Source of the DNA: Oligoflexales bacterium
GTDB lineage: Bacteria; Bdellovibrionota_B; Oligoflexia; Oligoflexales; CAIYRB01
Assembly: GCA_041736175.1 (NCBI GenBank)
Contig: JBGSUI010000082.1
Coordinates: 1-46,101, forward strand
Reading direction: 5' to 3'
Length of the DNA stretch: 46,101 nt
Shown here piece by piece: positions 1-11,186 of the stretch (positions are counted from its first letter, which is position 1; the number at the start of each line of letters is the position of its first letter). Position numbers and translations under genes: made by a program. The notes beneath the pieces were generated by a model. That model was given only the letters and a program-made list of their open reading frames with translations, had not been told where the DNA came from and did not search any database.

Positions 1-1549
1 GATCCCCCCGGAAAGCCTCGCCAAGCTTTTCGAGGCGTTTTTTACCTCGGGAAAAAAGGGCGGGACTGGCCTAGGTCTTGCCATAGCGCAAAAAGTGGTT
101 CAGGCCCACGGTGGTAAAATTTGGTGTGAATCGTCTAAAACGCCAGAACACCCCGACGGCAAGGTGGAGTTTTTCTTCACTTTGCCCATCGCGAAAGGAG
201 CGGATTTCGTCACCACCGCGAGTCTCCCAAGACATAGTGATGAGATCACCCGGATGATCGTAATGATGGGACAGGCCTTGGCAAGCAAGTCCGACAGCGA
301 GTTTAATAAAAGCGAAAGCCTCCTCCATCAGGAGGTGATCCAAAGGGCAGGTGCCTTGTCACAGCCCCTCGGGCTTCTGATAGTCGACGACGAGTCGATT
401 TACCGCACGGCCCTTGCCGGCTGGATAGAAGAATCCCCCGAATTGACCAAATTGTGTAACATTTTCCATGCGAACGGCAGCTTTGAGGCTTTTGAAATCC
501 TCAAAAACCACTCGATTGACCTCATCATCACCGATATCGATATGGGTCCCAAGTCACTCACTGGATTCGATCTTGTGAAGGAATTGCGCACCACCCATGA
601 TTTCAAAGGTCAGATCTTTGTTCACTCCAACAGGATCGTCCCAGACGATCACCGCAAAGCTGGGGACCTTGGCGCAAACGGGTTTTTGCCAAAACCCATG
701 GCTAAGGGGCAACATTTTAAATTATTCCTGCAAACCATTCAATGGTTATCTCCCTTGGAGGACATAGTCACGCCAAGCGGCGGTTCAGAAGCGGCAGACT
801 CAGATGCCGCGGGTGCCGAAGCAGTCGCGTCATCAAGCCCCGGAGCAGCCGAGAGGGGAACAAAGTCGCCTTATGATTTAATCGCCGTGATCGACGATGA
901 GGATATTTTCCGCGACCAGTGGCCTGCCTTCCTTAAGGGCTTTGACACGGTCTGCTACGCCACCGCTGAGGACTTTGTCAAGGATTGGGAAAAGGTCAGT
1001 GGCAGACTCTTGGCCGTCCTGACCGACAAATACCTCGGGTCAGGCATCGACGGCATCAAATTGGGTACCATGCTCAGGCAAAAGGCACCCGACCTGGCCA
1101 TTTTTCTATCGACCAGCGACATGTCGGTGAAAAACGATTCCAATGTCTTTGATTTGATAGTCGACAAAGACGCCTTCGAAGAGGCTCCCAAAATCACCCG
1201 ATACCTGAAAACTAAGGCCAAGGACGAAAGCCTGGCTGGGTTGATGAGGAAAACAATAAGAGTGTTTGATTCGAATGCTCGAGACCTTGATGAATCCCAC
1301 GACCTTTCGTCGATCGTCGCCTCACACATTCTAGGGTGGGAGTTTCTGCTAAAGGATTTGGACAAAGCGACCAAGACCAAACTCGAAGAGTCGATGTTCG
1401 CGACTGAAAGAGAAAAGCTAAAACATGACATCAAGGGATCGATCTCAAGGCTTAAAATTCTGCTCAGAAATCTGGAAAATGGCGACATGGACGTTAAAGC
1501 AACCATGGGCAGCCTTGAGTCGAGGGTAGCCGATTGTGGGAGGCTTTAA
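1..1549 (+). CDS. Hybrid sensor histidine kinase / response regulator (5'-partial; HATPase C-terminus plus two receiver domains)
   Basis: Frame is open from the window start: [30 protein letters not shown] (G2 box); REC motifs LIVDDE...LIITDIDM...FLPKP and AVIDDE...VLTDKYL. Confidence 0.9.
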   Translation, partial: IPPESLAKLFEAFFTSGKKGGTGLGLAIAQKVVQAHGGKIWCESSKTPEHPDGKVEFFFTLPIAKGADFVTTASLPRHSDEITRMIVMMGQALASKSDSEFNKSESLLHQEVIQRAGALSQPLGLLIVDDESIYRTALAGWIEESPELTKLCNIFHANGSFEAFEILKNHSIDLIITDIDMGPKSLTGFDLVKELRTTHDFKGQIFVHSNRIVPDDHRKAGDLGANGFLPKPMAKGQHFKLFLQTIQWLSPLEDIVTPSGGSEAADSDAAGAEAVASSSPGAAERGTKSPYDLIAVIDDEDIFRDQWPAFLKGFDTVCYATAEDFVKDWEKVSGRLLAVLTDKYLGSGIDGIKLGTMLRQKAPDLAIFLSTSDMSVKNDSNVFDLIVDKDAFEEAPKITRYLKTKAKDESLAGLMRKTIRVFDSNARDLDESHDLSSIVASHILGWEFLLKDLDKATKTKLEESMFATEREKLKHDIKGSISRLKILLRNLENGDMDVKATMGSLESRVADCGRL

Positions 1550-1709
1550 CCTGTACACCTCTACCCCCTAGCCTTTCTAGACAGATGGAGATGGGCATGC
1601 CTGAGGCTGCCGGCACCCACAGGTTTTCACCCTCTAAGTCTACCGAGCAAAAAAATCGAATAAGAAGGCCACAAGCCGCCACAGGATCCTGGACGACTGC
1701 CGAGTCGAA

Positions 1710-2072
1710 ATGCATACAGGGAGACAAAATTCCGTTTCAAAGGATGAGTGCATCAAGGACGCCGCTCGCGACAAAACAAGGATGAGTTTGTCATCGTACG
1801 GCGGCAGGAGTCGGGTACTCTACGAAACGGCGAGGCAAAGGGGCTGGCTCGACGAATGCTTCCGGCACATGACGGACGGGCGAAGGCCAGCCTTAGGACT
1901 GGACGAATGCTTGAGGAAAGCCAGAAAGCACCAGATCCCCGGAGTCTGGAAGAAGGCCGACTCACGGACCTACAACGCGGCGCGACGAGGCCATCCGGGC
2001 GAAGGCGCGAAACATCGACCGGAGCGCGGCGAAGCTCCGTGGGGACGCAGAGCGTTTGGTAACAGAGACTAA
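1710..2072 (+). pseudogene. Degenerate remnant of a small repeat-domain protein (LDEC...AR...Y..AR repeats)
   Basis: Internally repeated peptide (ARQRGWLDECFRHM / LDECLRKARKH...YNAARR); a second decayed copy lies at about 10498-10700. Confidence 0.4.
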
Positions 2073-2599
2073 CCGCCATTCGATCACCCTTTCATCATGA
2101 CACGTCATTCCCCAAATCCTTTGAGATAAAAGGCGGGGGAATGATTTTTTGCTAGGTTTCACAGCAGCTATTCGATTCAAATTTGCTACCGAGGCCACAT
2201 AACTTGCCGGTTGCCTCAAAAGCAGGTTTGAACAGGGATCTGGTTATTCAGCATAAAGTTATGTTTGAAAATAGCCAACTCCAAGGGCTAAGAGACCCTG
2301 TAAAGGGTGCAGCCTAAGCAAACTTAAAAATATTAGAGTCTCAATTAAGCAAGCAGGCTATCCGGGAGGGCTCGCACGGGCCCGGATTCCTTTTCACCTT
2401 CCTGGGTTATTGAAAACGATCTTACTGGCCCTTTAAGAGACCATTATTACTTAGATAATTTGAAGGCATCATTCTTGCATGTCTGGGAATTGGAGCATCG
2501 AGTTCCGCCCTAAACAGATGTAAGGAGGATGTTCAAAAAAATGAAGCAATGGTCAAAAGCAAAATTCTATCCACTTTTTTCTCCAAGTGAAAGGCACGC

Positions 2600-3634
2600 A
2601 TGATGAGAAATGAATTCGAAAAAAATCTAAATAATAATCTAATTGATATTGGTATAAAATCTGAAACAAAGCAGTCAATGTCAAAATTACTTCGAAGGAG
2701 ATATAAAAATCCTCTAAAACACTTGCATACGCGGCATAGCGACTGGATACAGGTCGGATCACTAATCCTTAATGTCGCTGCCATTGTGATTGTCGCCACG
2801 ATGGCTACGATGGCTGATATCAGCTCTTTGCTGATTACACTAGTCGTGCAAATCCTCGCTATTGGTTTTATCGGCTCACGTATGAGAGCTTTGGGAAACA
2901 TAATGCATGAGTGTGCCCATGGCACTTTTTTGAAGCGACGAATCTGGAACCACCGACTAGGCTGCGTCCTTTCTGTTATGGATTTTTCTTCGTTTAGTCA
3001 ATACCGACAAGATCACATGACGCATCATATATACCTCGGAGACAAAAAGCTTGATCGTGATTTCGCTGCTCGCGAAACATTTGGTTTCGAAGCCGAGCTT
3101 ACTCCGCAAACCGCATTTATGCACTTAAAGAACATAGTATCGATCAAGTTCTACAGGGTTTATTTAAAGCCCATATTTCTATCAAAATATGATTCTCGAT
3201 CTGTAGTAGCACTTCGAGTCATCTGGGTAGCACTTTTAATAGCATTGTTTTTATTTTTTGGCGTGTATGGCTTTACTATGTTTTTCATAGTGCCTTATAT
3301 TACGACGTATCAATGGCTAAGATATTTTTCAGACGTAGTCGATCATGCTGGGCTAATCGGCATTGATCCTTCTATTAAAGGTCAAGAACTTGCACGGACT
3401 CGAAATCATCTATTTTCAAATCAGATTTTCAATTGGCTCTTTTTTCCAAGCAACGACATGTTTCATGCTGTTCACCATCTTTTTCCAGAAATTCCTAATT
3501 ACAGGCTTGCTGAGGCCCACCAGGTCCTACTCAATGATCCTAATTATGCATCAAAGGGTCACTCATTCAAGTCGATCATAGTCACTAACAAAACCAAAAA
3601 GGAACACAAAAATGTTTTCGGAAATACCTTCTAA
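2600..3634 (+). CDS. Membrane fatty-acid desaturase family protein
   Basis: Three His boxes HECAH, HMTHH, HAVHH with hydrophobic segments. Confidence 0.9.
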   Translation: MMRNEFEKNLNNNLIDIGIKSETKQSMSKLLRRRYKNPLKHLHTRHSDWIQVGSLILNVAAIVIVATMATMADISSLLITLVVQILAIGFIGSRMRALGNIMHECAHGTFLKRRIWNHRLGCVLSVMDFSSFSQYRQDHMTHHIYLGDKKLDRDFAARETFGFEAELTPQTAFMHLKNIVSIKFYRVYLKPIFLSKYDSRSVVALRVIWVALLIALFLFFGVYGFTMFFIVPYITTYQWLRYFSDVVDHAGLIGIDPSIKGQELARTRNHLFSNQIFNWLFFPSNDMFHAVHHLFPEIPNYRLAEAHQVLLNDPNYASKGHSFKSIIVTNKTKKEHKNVFGNTF

Positions 3635-4826
3635 TGCCTCATGGGTTGAAATCGATGCTGAAGTATTGCGATCTAATACTATCGCTTTGTCTAGCTATCT
3701 TGGCAAAGGTCCAGCTCTTGGAGCCATGCTTAAAGCAAATGCTTATGGCCATGGTATTGAACAAGTTGTCGAAGTAATTCACGATCTTTATTCGTCATTT
3801 TACACAGTTTTAGTGGAAGACGCGCTCAGGATAAGAGCTACAGAGAAAAGACTAGGAAAACCAAAAAAGCGAATCATTGTGGTTGGCAGCGTAGCGGCTT
3901 CAGACCTGCCTACATTGGTCAGTGAGGATATCGAATGTGTCATTGCTGATCTTCAATGGCCAGATAGGCTAAGGCAATTCGAAATATTAGGGCTTGGAAT
4001 GCCTTTAAAAGTGCATATTTTCCTCGATACTGGGTTAGGTAGGGAGGGCTTGTTCCCGGAAACTGTCGCAGCCGACTTAGCCTTTTTGAGTAACATAAAA
4101 AATTTGATCCGGGTGGTCGGTATCATGTCTCATTTTTCAGATGCGGAGTCTCCTTTTGATTTAGGCTATGCGCATGAACAATTAAACCGATACATTGAGG
4201 GAGTTAAAGTCTTGCAGGAATCAAACATTGCTGACCCTGGCGTAGAATTGCATTTCGCAGCAAGCTCACCTGCGATTGTGTTTCCAGAAGCTAGGTTGAC
4301 GAAGGTGCGTTTTGGGATCTCACTCTACGGCTATTGGACTGCTAATGAATCAAAGCTCGGAGCAATGGTGTTAGCGGATAGCACCTCCAAAAAATATTTA
4401 AAAATCAATCCAACTCTTAGTTGGCGTTGCCATTCACAGATTGTAAAGACTCTCAACGCTGGAGATGCTGTTGGATACAACCGGAGCTATATCTGCCAGC
4501 GAAAAACGCGAGTTGCGATCCTACCAGTTGGTTACTTTGATGGCTATCCCTATAGTGCCAGTCATCGTGCAAAAGTCCTTGTTAACGGTAAGAAATGTTC
4601 AGTTCTTGGATCAGTTATGATGAACAATATTGCGGTGGACGTAACCGACGTTACCCTTTCTGATACCGAAGGCATAGTTGCTACTTTGATTGGTTCTGAC
4701 GGTCGTGAACAAATAACCGCAGACGATTTAGCAAAAATGGCAGGTACAATAAACTACAACATACTAACATCGATTGCACACCATGTAAAAAGACTGGTGA
4801 TTCATCGCGAGGAAAATAATGTTTGA
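3612..4826 (+). CDS. alr: Alanine racemase family PLP-dependent amino-acid racemase
   Basis: KANAYGHG PLP-lysine motif, DTGLGREG, MSHF, VGY, PVGYFDGYP; substrate unknown. Confidence 0.9.
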   Translation: MFSEIPSNASWVEIDAEVLRSNTIALSSYLGKGPALGAMLKANAYGHGIEQVVEVIHDLYSSFYTVLVEDALRIRATEKRLGKPKKRIIVVGSVAASDLPTLVSEDIECVIADLQWPDRLRQFEILGLGMPLKVHIFLDTGLGREGLFPETVAADLAFLSNIKNLIRVVGIMSHFSDAESPFDLGYAHEQLNRYIEGVKVLQESNIADPGVELHFAASSPAIVFPEARLTKVRFGISLYGYWTANESKLGAMVLADSTSKKYLKINPTLSWRCHSQIVKTLNAGDAVGYNRSYICQRKTRVAILPVGYFDGYPYSASHRAKVLVNGKKCSVLGSVMMNNIAVDVTDVTLSDTEGIVATLIGSDGREQITADDLAKMAGTINYNILTSIAHHVKRLVIHREENNV

Positions 4827-6204
4827 TTACAATAGCTCTGCTGGAAAAACTTGGGATATCTGTCTGAATGATTCCTTGTATAACGAGACTGGTCGTGATG
4901 ATCTGAGGAATTTTTTGCGCAATTTGCAGGCATCTTTTGCCGGACTTCCTAGTGTTGCAAATTCATTTGCAATCCCCTATAGACCACCTCTTCTAAAGAA
5001 CGAACTGTATCTACGAATGCATTCCGTAGCTAAAAGAATGATTAAATTGGCTTTAGCGACAGCTTCGCACAGTGCTCATGGAGATTTTCATAGTCTTGCA
5101 CGATCTCTACGTTGGCCCGAAAAACACCTCGATTGGATTGGAGCGTCGGCCACAGAAGCAACACAATTAGCCACAATGGTAGCACGGCCAGATATGGTCT
5201 TTTCTTCTGGAAAATTGCGCATTTTGGAGATGAATATCCATACAGCATTAGGTGGTCTGGTCGACACATCAGTGCTGCCCGCTGCTTACTTAAACTCTAG
5301 CTGGGGTAGGCAGGTTTCAGTTGCTCATCCAGTCTATGCAGATGCTCCCTTAGTAAACCTAGCCAATCTTATAAAAATGATCTCCCACAGAATCGATAGA
5401 AGTGTTCGCCCTTCGCTCGCTGTTTTGGAATGGGAGTACGATGTTGAAATGAATTATCGACTTGCAGCGACTCTTATGCAGTTCGGCATCTACGCCCAAT
5501 ACGTGGATATTAATCAGCTAGTCGAGGGAGATGGGTTCATTCGAACTAAAAATCGCTCTTTTCAACTCGCACTTAAGAGCTATTCTTTGGAGTCTGTGAG
5601 GACCGCAAAGCAGCATTCTGAGTTGTCTTTAATTGCTGCCGCAGCCAAGAAGGGGCGAGTACTTCCTGATGAGGTGGCTACATTGGTCTCAGATAAGCGG
5701 ATTCTTGCGATGCTTTCGGAACATTGTTCAAATTGGTTTCCCGACGAGACCGAATTTGTCAATTCCTATTTACCATGGACGAGAACTGTTGCGCCAGGAT
5801 TCACGGTTTTTGGCGCTGAAAAACTTGCCATGGAGGACTTATTAACCGCTAAGAACAAAGATGCATTCGTTCTTAAACCAGGACTCGGAGAAGGAGGCGA
5901 AGGGGTTATGATAGGCCGCGGATCGACCCGAGTTGCTTGGGAAAACGCTGTAAGCAACGCGATAACTACCGGAGAGTGGGTCGTCCAGGAATATCAGGAT
6001 GTCGACTCGATCACACTTCCTTTTTGGAACGAAACTGTCGGGCTAAGCTGGGAAGCCTGTCCAGCAGTGGTGGCGCCATACGTTGTTGGCTCTGACCCAG
6101 CGGGAGCACTCATGCGCTATACCCGCGATAAAGACTGTTTGGTTATGAACTTCGCACGTGGTGCTGGAGTGTGTCCAGTTATTATCACGCAAGAGGGCAA
6201 CTAA
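4819..6204 (+). CDS. Circularly permuted ATP-grasp / glutathionylspermidine-synthase-like amide ligase
   Basis: RPD...ILEMN...LGG, SDKRILAML, FVLKPGLGEGGEGVMIG, WVVQEY. Confidence 0.75.
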   Translation: MFDYNSSAGKTWDICLNDSLYNETGRDDLRNFLRNLQASFAGLPSVANSFAIPYRPPLLKNELYLRMHSVAKRMIKLALATASHSAHGDFHSLARSLRWPEKHLDWIGASATEATQLATMVARPDMVFSSGKLRILEMNIHTALGGLVDTSVLPAAYLNSSWGRQVSVAHPVYADAPLVNLANLIKMISHRIDRSVRPSLAVLEWEYDVEMNYRLAATLMQFGIYAQYVDINQLVEGDGFIRTKNRSFQLALKSYSLESVRTAKQHSELSLIAAAAKKGRVLPDEVATLVSDKRILAMLSEHCSNWFPDETEFVNSYLPWTRTVAPGFTVFGAEKLAMEDLLTAKNKDAFVLKPGLGEGGEGVMIGRGSTRVAWENAVSNAITTGEWVVQEYQDVDSITLPFWNETVGLSWEACPAVVAPYVVGSDPAGALMRYTRDKDCLVMNFARGAGVCPVIITQEGN

Positions 6205-6206
6205 AA

Positions 6207-7079
6207 ATGAAAAACAAGAAAATTTGTTTGATTACAACTGAACGTCACTCTCTGATCAAAGATATCATCAAATATGCTCAAGAAAGTGGAATTGAGACGG
6301 ATGTATTGTCAATACGAGATGTTGCAGTCTTAATTTCATCAAGCCGAGTCCATTCGAATTTGCTGGATTATGGTGCCATCTATTTTGACCGCGGGGAAGA
6401 AGATTGGGTTAACTATGGCTTCCAAATTACATTTTTACATTCTATGAAACAGTTGGGTGCTAGAATCTTTAATAATCCACTCTCCTATATGTTGGCGCAT
6501 GACAAAGTGACTACCAGCATCGAGCTTGCAGCCCGCGGTATACCAGTTGCAGAAACAGTTATTTGCTACGATGTTGGCAATGCCCTCGCAGCAATTAAAG
6601 AGTGGCCGGTCATTATTTTGAAACCTCCCCTGGGTTATAGCGGTAATGGCATATCAGTCTTTGAAAACAAAGATGTTTCTTCTGAGCTACTTGCGGCAAA
6701 GCTAGAAAAACAAGGAAACTTATATCTCCAGAAGTTTGTAAAGTCGACTCGTCCCAGAGACATCCGAGTCCAAGTTGTGGACGGTAGAGCTGTTCTGACA
6801 TACGAACGGGTTGCGGACTCGAAGCAGAAGTACCCGCTTTGCAATATCGACCTCGGTGCCCGAATGAATTTCATTTCATTGCCAGACCAGGCTGTGGCAG
6901 TCGCATTAAAAGCCGTAGCCATTTTAGGACTTGATGTTGCAGGTGTCGATTTATTGGTAGATGAGCACGAAAATTTTCTCGTGTCCGAAATAAATCCAGA
7001 AACCACGACATTGGACGAAACGCCCATATTTGGTCGTGAAGTAGCCGATTTTTTGATTGGAAAATGTAGGGAAGTATAA
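6207..7079 (+). CDS. RimK/LysX-family ATP-grasp ligase
   Basis: DKV, IILKPPLGYSGNG, YLQKFV, DIRV, AGVDLL, EIN; ATG at 6207 just after the upstream stop. Confidence 0.85.
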   Translation: MKNKKICLITTERHSLIKDIIKYAQESGIETDVLSIRDVAVLISSSRVHSNLLDYGAIYFDRGEEDWVNYGFQITFLHSMKQLGARIFNNPLSYMLAHDKVTTSIELAARGIPVAETVICYDVGNALAAIKEWPVIILKPPLGYSGNGISVFENKDVSSELLAAKLEKQGNLYLQKFVKSTRPRDIRVQVVDGRAVLTYERVADSKQKYPLCNIDLGARMNFISLPDQAVAVALKAVAILGLDVAGVDLLVDEHENFLVSEINPETTTLDETPIFGREVADFLIGKCREV

Positions 7080-7107
7080 AGTTCAAACAAAATAATTGAA
7101 TTAATAA

Positions 7108-8514
7108 ATGAGGTTTAAAATGGTTTACAATCTTCTTGATACGGGTGATTTTGACTTTGGTATACCAGAGATCCAAAAGTACAAACATATTTACAATAGC
7201 CGCGTTCCCCAAACTTTGGATCGCCAGCAAAGATTACTACGCTCCTGGGAAGCGACAAGAGAATCAATGCATGCAGCGACGCGGCGTGATCAATCAGTCA
7301 CTGATCGGATTTTGCTCGAAAGAATTTCTCGTCATGTCGATTTTGCATTTAATTTCATCCCATTTTATCGAAAGCACTATTCAGCGGTTGGCTTTAGAAC
7401 AGGAGACGTCGTTACTTGGAATGATTTTGCATGTCTGCCCACAGTTTCCAAGGCCGACCTCATCGCTGAATACCCACACTCAATCGTCGCTAATGGTATA
7501 GATATTGAATCATGCCATGGCGCGAGAACGTCTGGATCTACGGGTAAACCACTTACTTTAGTGCGGGACGATGCTGCCGCAGACCGACGTATGCTTGAAA
7601 TACTTCGGCAATTCGAAACTATGCTGGATAGTCCATTGCAGCGGGAGGATTGGATTTACAATATTTATCATTCACATTGGGTAGTCACTTCCCTAGCTGG
7701 CTTTTATCGAACGTTTTCAGTGTCTCAAGATTGTCCACCCGAGGCAATTTTACGTCATATTTCGAGTTTGCGACCTCGATTTATATCATCTTTTCCTAGC
7801 TTTCTTGCTCGCTTCCAAGAGGTAGCTAGAGACCTTCGACCTTTCGGAGTCGAGTGTATAAGTACCAATTCGGAATCAAGCACTGTCTTGGAGCGTCAAA
7901 AGTTGGCAGATCATTTTAAAGTTCCAGTGCTAGACGAGTATTCGAGCGAAGAATTGCCAAGTATTGCCATCGAATGCCCCTACAACAATTACCATGTCGA
8001 AGAAGATAGGACTTATTTGGAAATCGTAGAACCAGATAATGAAAGTGTGGGGCGAGTGGTCGGTACTGACCTCGCCAATATTTATATGCCCATTATACGT
8101 TATGAACAAGGTGACCTGGCTCGGTGGGCAAAAAGCGGCCAAGGCAAGTGTCCTTGCGGGAATTGTTATCGCCACCTTGATCGGCTTCATGGACGTGCTG
8201 ACCAAGCATTTTTTTCATCTCGGAATGGGAAAATCCTACCTGATCGCGTTCTCGATCTCGTTGATAAGACCCTCATTGACGTGAGTTCAGGGATAGCCGA
8301 ATTTCGCGTGGTCCAAAAAGACATAGGTCATGTTGAGATCCTTTGCGTTATGGAAGGCGGCAAAATTTCGCCATCTGCGGCCATTGTTGTGAAGTTTGAA
8401 AAGGGTATGAACGATCTTTTTGGGTGTGACATTTCTGTCCGATTTAATGTCGTGCAGCAAATTCCAGCTTTGTCTAGCTATAAGAGAAGGATGATTATTA
8501 ATGAGATCAAATAG
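7108..8514 (+). CDS. Phenylacetate-CoA ligase family (ANL adenylate-forming) enzyme
   Basis: RTSGSTGKP, DEYSSEE, IIRYEQGD, GRAD motifs. Confidence 0.85.
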   Translation: MRFKMVYNLLDTGDFDFGIPEIQKYKHIYNSRVPQTLDRQQRLLRSWEATRESMHAATRRDQSVTDRILLERISRHVDFAFNFIPFYRKHYSAVGFRTGDVVTWNDFACLPTVSKADLIAEYPHSIVANGIDIESCHGARTSGSTGKPLTLVRDDAAADRRMLEILRQFETMLDSPLQREDWIYNIYHSHWVVTSLAGFYRTFSVSQDCPPEAILRHISSLRPRFISSFPSFLARFQEVARDLRPFGVECISTNSESSTVLERQKLADHFKVPVLDEYSSEELPSIAIECPYNNYHVEEDRTYLEIVEPDNESVGRVVGTDLANIYMPIIRYEQGDLARWAKSGQGKCPCGNCYRHLDRLHGRADQAFFSSRNGKILPDRVLDLVDKTLIDVSSGIAEFRVVQKDIGHVEILCVMEGGKISPSAAIVVKFEKGMNDLFGCDISVRFNVVQQIPALSSYKRRMIINEIK

Positions 8515-9793
8515 ACGATTTTTTGAGGGTTTAATGCGTGCTTTTTCCATAGTGGGATGGTCCACCTTTAGCAAGGATTTATTCAGTCGGCTGCGATATC
8601 AAGTAACCTCCCTTGTTGGCGCAACTCGCTTACCAGCTATAATATGGCAACTTATAATAGCGACAATGATTTATCGGCTAGCGATGTTTATGACATTGCC
8701 CTTCGTAGCTATTTATTTGCCGAAGCATTTTGGAACATCACCTTTGATTACTGGATTGGTAGCTGCTACTGGCCCCCTCATTGCTACTATCGCCGGATTT
8801 TGGGGAGGTGCATTTTCAGATATTCTTGGTCGAAAAATGCTGGTATATGTTGCGATGACCCTTCAAACCGCTGGTTGCATGCTTTTCGTCTTCGTAGATT
8901 CAGTACTAGGGATCACGCTTGCGTGTGCCCTGATGGGTCTTGGGCGGTCTATTTGTGACCCGATACTTCAGGCCGTCTTGGTTGATCTTGTCCCTCCGGA
9001 GCGGCGGACTTTTGCTATACATGCACGCTACACGGCCATTAATATAGGATCTGCTGTTGGGCCCGTTTTAGTGGCAGTTCTTTCGGTAAGCTTCGGAGAA
9101 TTGGCCTTGCGCGCAAGTTTCATCTTTGCTTCCGTTGCTATGGTTATTTATCAATTTTTTGTCTCAAATATTGTGCGGAATCTTCCAAATGAAGCTGTCC
9201 GCAACAGCACTTTAAATATATCCTCTATCCTATCAACTGTGAAGGGCGACTCATCCCTAAAATATCTCATTCTGGGAGGTTCGGTATTCCTACTTGGGTA
9301 CTGTCAGATCGAAACCACTCTAGCAATGACTCTTCAGATGCTTTTCGATAATGGGCTTCAGGTATATTCGACGTTACACCTTATCAACTCGATTATGATA
9401 GTTTTTGCACAAGCTCCAGTTCAGTTTATGGTGCGTTCCTGGCCTACCCGATGGATCCTTTGTTCAGGGAGTATCCTAGCAGCGTGTGGCCTAGTAGGTT
9501 TCGGTCTTGCTTCTACTTTTTCTGGCATGGTTGCCTCAATGGTTCTTCTAACACTTGGCGAGATTCTGGTATTTCCAAATATGATGATTGCTTTGGATCG
9601 CTTGGCCCCTCCTGGATTGAAGGGTAGTTATTTCGGAGCTTCGTCTCTTTGCCAATCCGGATACATTTTCGGGCCACTTTTAGGTGGATTTATCTATGAA
9701 AAATTCAATGTAGGGTATACGTTCGGCGTGATGGCTTTTTTGGTTCTCCTTACTGGCATTGCTTTCAATGCATCTATGCGGCGAAGTACTTGA
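8501..9793 (+). CDS. MFS transporter (probable exporter)
   Basis: About 12 hydrophobic segments, GAFSDILGRK motif A. Confidence 0.9.
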   Translation: MRSNRRFFEGLMRAFSIVGWSTFSKDLFSRLRYQVTSLVGATRLPAIIWQLIIATMIYRLAMFMTLPFVAIYLPKHFGTSPLITGLVAATGPLIATIAGFWGGAFSDILGRKMLVYVAMTLQTAGCMLFVFVDSVLGITLACALMGLGRSICDPILQAVLVDLVPPERRTFAIHARYTAINIGSAVGPVLVAVLSVSFGELALRASFIFASVAMVIYQFFVSNIVRNLPNEAVRNSTLNISSILSTVKGDSSLKYLILGGSVFLLGYCQIETTLAMTLQMLFDNGLQVYSTLHLINSIMIVFAQAPVQFMVRSWPTRWILCSGSILAACGLVGFGLASTFSGMVASMVLLTLGEILVFPNMMIALDRLAPPGLKGSYFGASSLCQSGYIFGPLLGGFIYEKFNVGYTFGVMAFLVLLTGIAFNASMRRST

Positions 9794-10218
9794 ATTATTT
9801 TGGAGGTAGTTTGAAATTTAATGCTCTGATCCCTGAATTAAAAGTCGCAAGTCTTCAAGATAGTTTGTCATTCTACAAATCGTTGCTAGGCTTCGAAATT
9901 TTATACGATCGGCCAGAAAACAAATTTGCGTTTTTATCTCTGCAAAGCGCTCAGCTCATGCTTGAGGAGGTAAGAGACAATGAAGTCTGGACAACGGCCC
10001 ATCTCGAACATCCCTATGGCCGGGGCATTAATTTCCAATTCTCAGTCGAGGATGTCGAATCGATAGCAAGCCGGTTGAGCCAAGTCCATTACCCACTCAG
10101 GCAGCCTTTAGAAGTGGCGCATTATCGTATGGGGAATGAAAAAGTTTGCCTGAGACAATTTTTGGTGCTCGATCCAGATGGTTATCTATTGCGATTTGCC
10201 CAATTTATAAGCCCATAG
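9790..10218 (+). CDS. VOC/glyoxalase/bleomycin-resistance family protein
   Basis: LIPELKV...SLSFY..LLGF, YGRGINFQ, QFLVLDPDGYLLRF. Confidence 0.9.
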   Translation: MNYFGGSLKFNALIPELKVASLQDSLSFYKSLLGFEILYDRPENKFAFLSLQSAQLMLEEVRDNEVWTTAHLEHPYGRGINFQFSVEDVESIASRLSQVHYPLRQPLEVAHYRMGNEKVCLRQFLVLDPDGYLLRFAQFISP

Positions 10219-11186
10219 TTTTGTCATTCTTTCGGTTTATTCTGGGTTACCAAATGGCAAAGTCTTGGCTTGATTGAAAATTATTACTAGTCTCAAATTT
10301 TGAACGAATGAGCCGACGGATCCATCTCATGCAGATTAGCCTCCTTTCAAAAGGTATATTGACCTGCTTAGCAATAATAATGCTTTAAAAAAAAGTCTTA
10401 AAGCATACAATCATAGTAATCATAAATTATTTATAAATAGAAATTTCCAAAAAATAATTGATTATGAAGTTTAATAATTGGACTTTTTGAACTGCACGAG
10501 TTGGTCTGCAGCCAGCGGCAGGAGGCGGGCTCACTACGAGACGGTGACACAAAAAGGGTAGCTAGACGAAAGTTGCAGGCAAATGTCAGACCCGCGAAGT
10601 CCGGCCGTCGGACTGGACGAATGCCAGAGAGGAGCCAGAATGCACCAGACCCCCAGAGCATGGAAAAAAGCCGACTCAGGACCTACAAGACGGCGTGCCG
10701 GAACGCGCACTTCGGGTCGAAAAGGCGCTGCGATTGAGGCCATTGGGGAAAGGACCGCGGCAACATCCGTCCGGGCCGGATGAGCCGCGGGCAAGCAGCG
10801 GAAAGCGGGCGGCGGAGGTGCATGATCTGCACCTTGGTTTGTTCCCCAACCGCTGAGTAAAAAAATATTGCGTTCCAGAATCGACGGGCAAAATTTTCAA
10901 AGTCATGTCTTTTTTCTCCAAAAATGCCTCCATGTCCTTTTGTTTGATGACGGTATCTTGATCCCCTATAAAGACAAAAGTCTTGGCGGTGATCTTGGCC
11001 TAGCCGCTTTGAGACTTAAAGTTCGCGTGCGACATGCGCGCCTAGACGTTTTCGCTCAAAGATAAAAAACCCTTAAACTATTGTGCTGACAAGAGTCTAG
11101 AGGTAAAATCATCCTCGCTTCTAAAAACTCGTTCCCGGCGAGGCGCCACCATTCCCCTGACTCCCAATCCTAATGTTAAACACCCG

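Noticed and set aside
4819..7079. Graspetide (RiPP) cluster
   Set aside because: No precursor peptide ORF is visible, and a free amino-acid racemase fits non-ribosomal assembly better.
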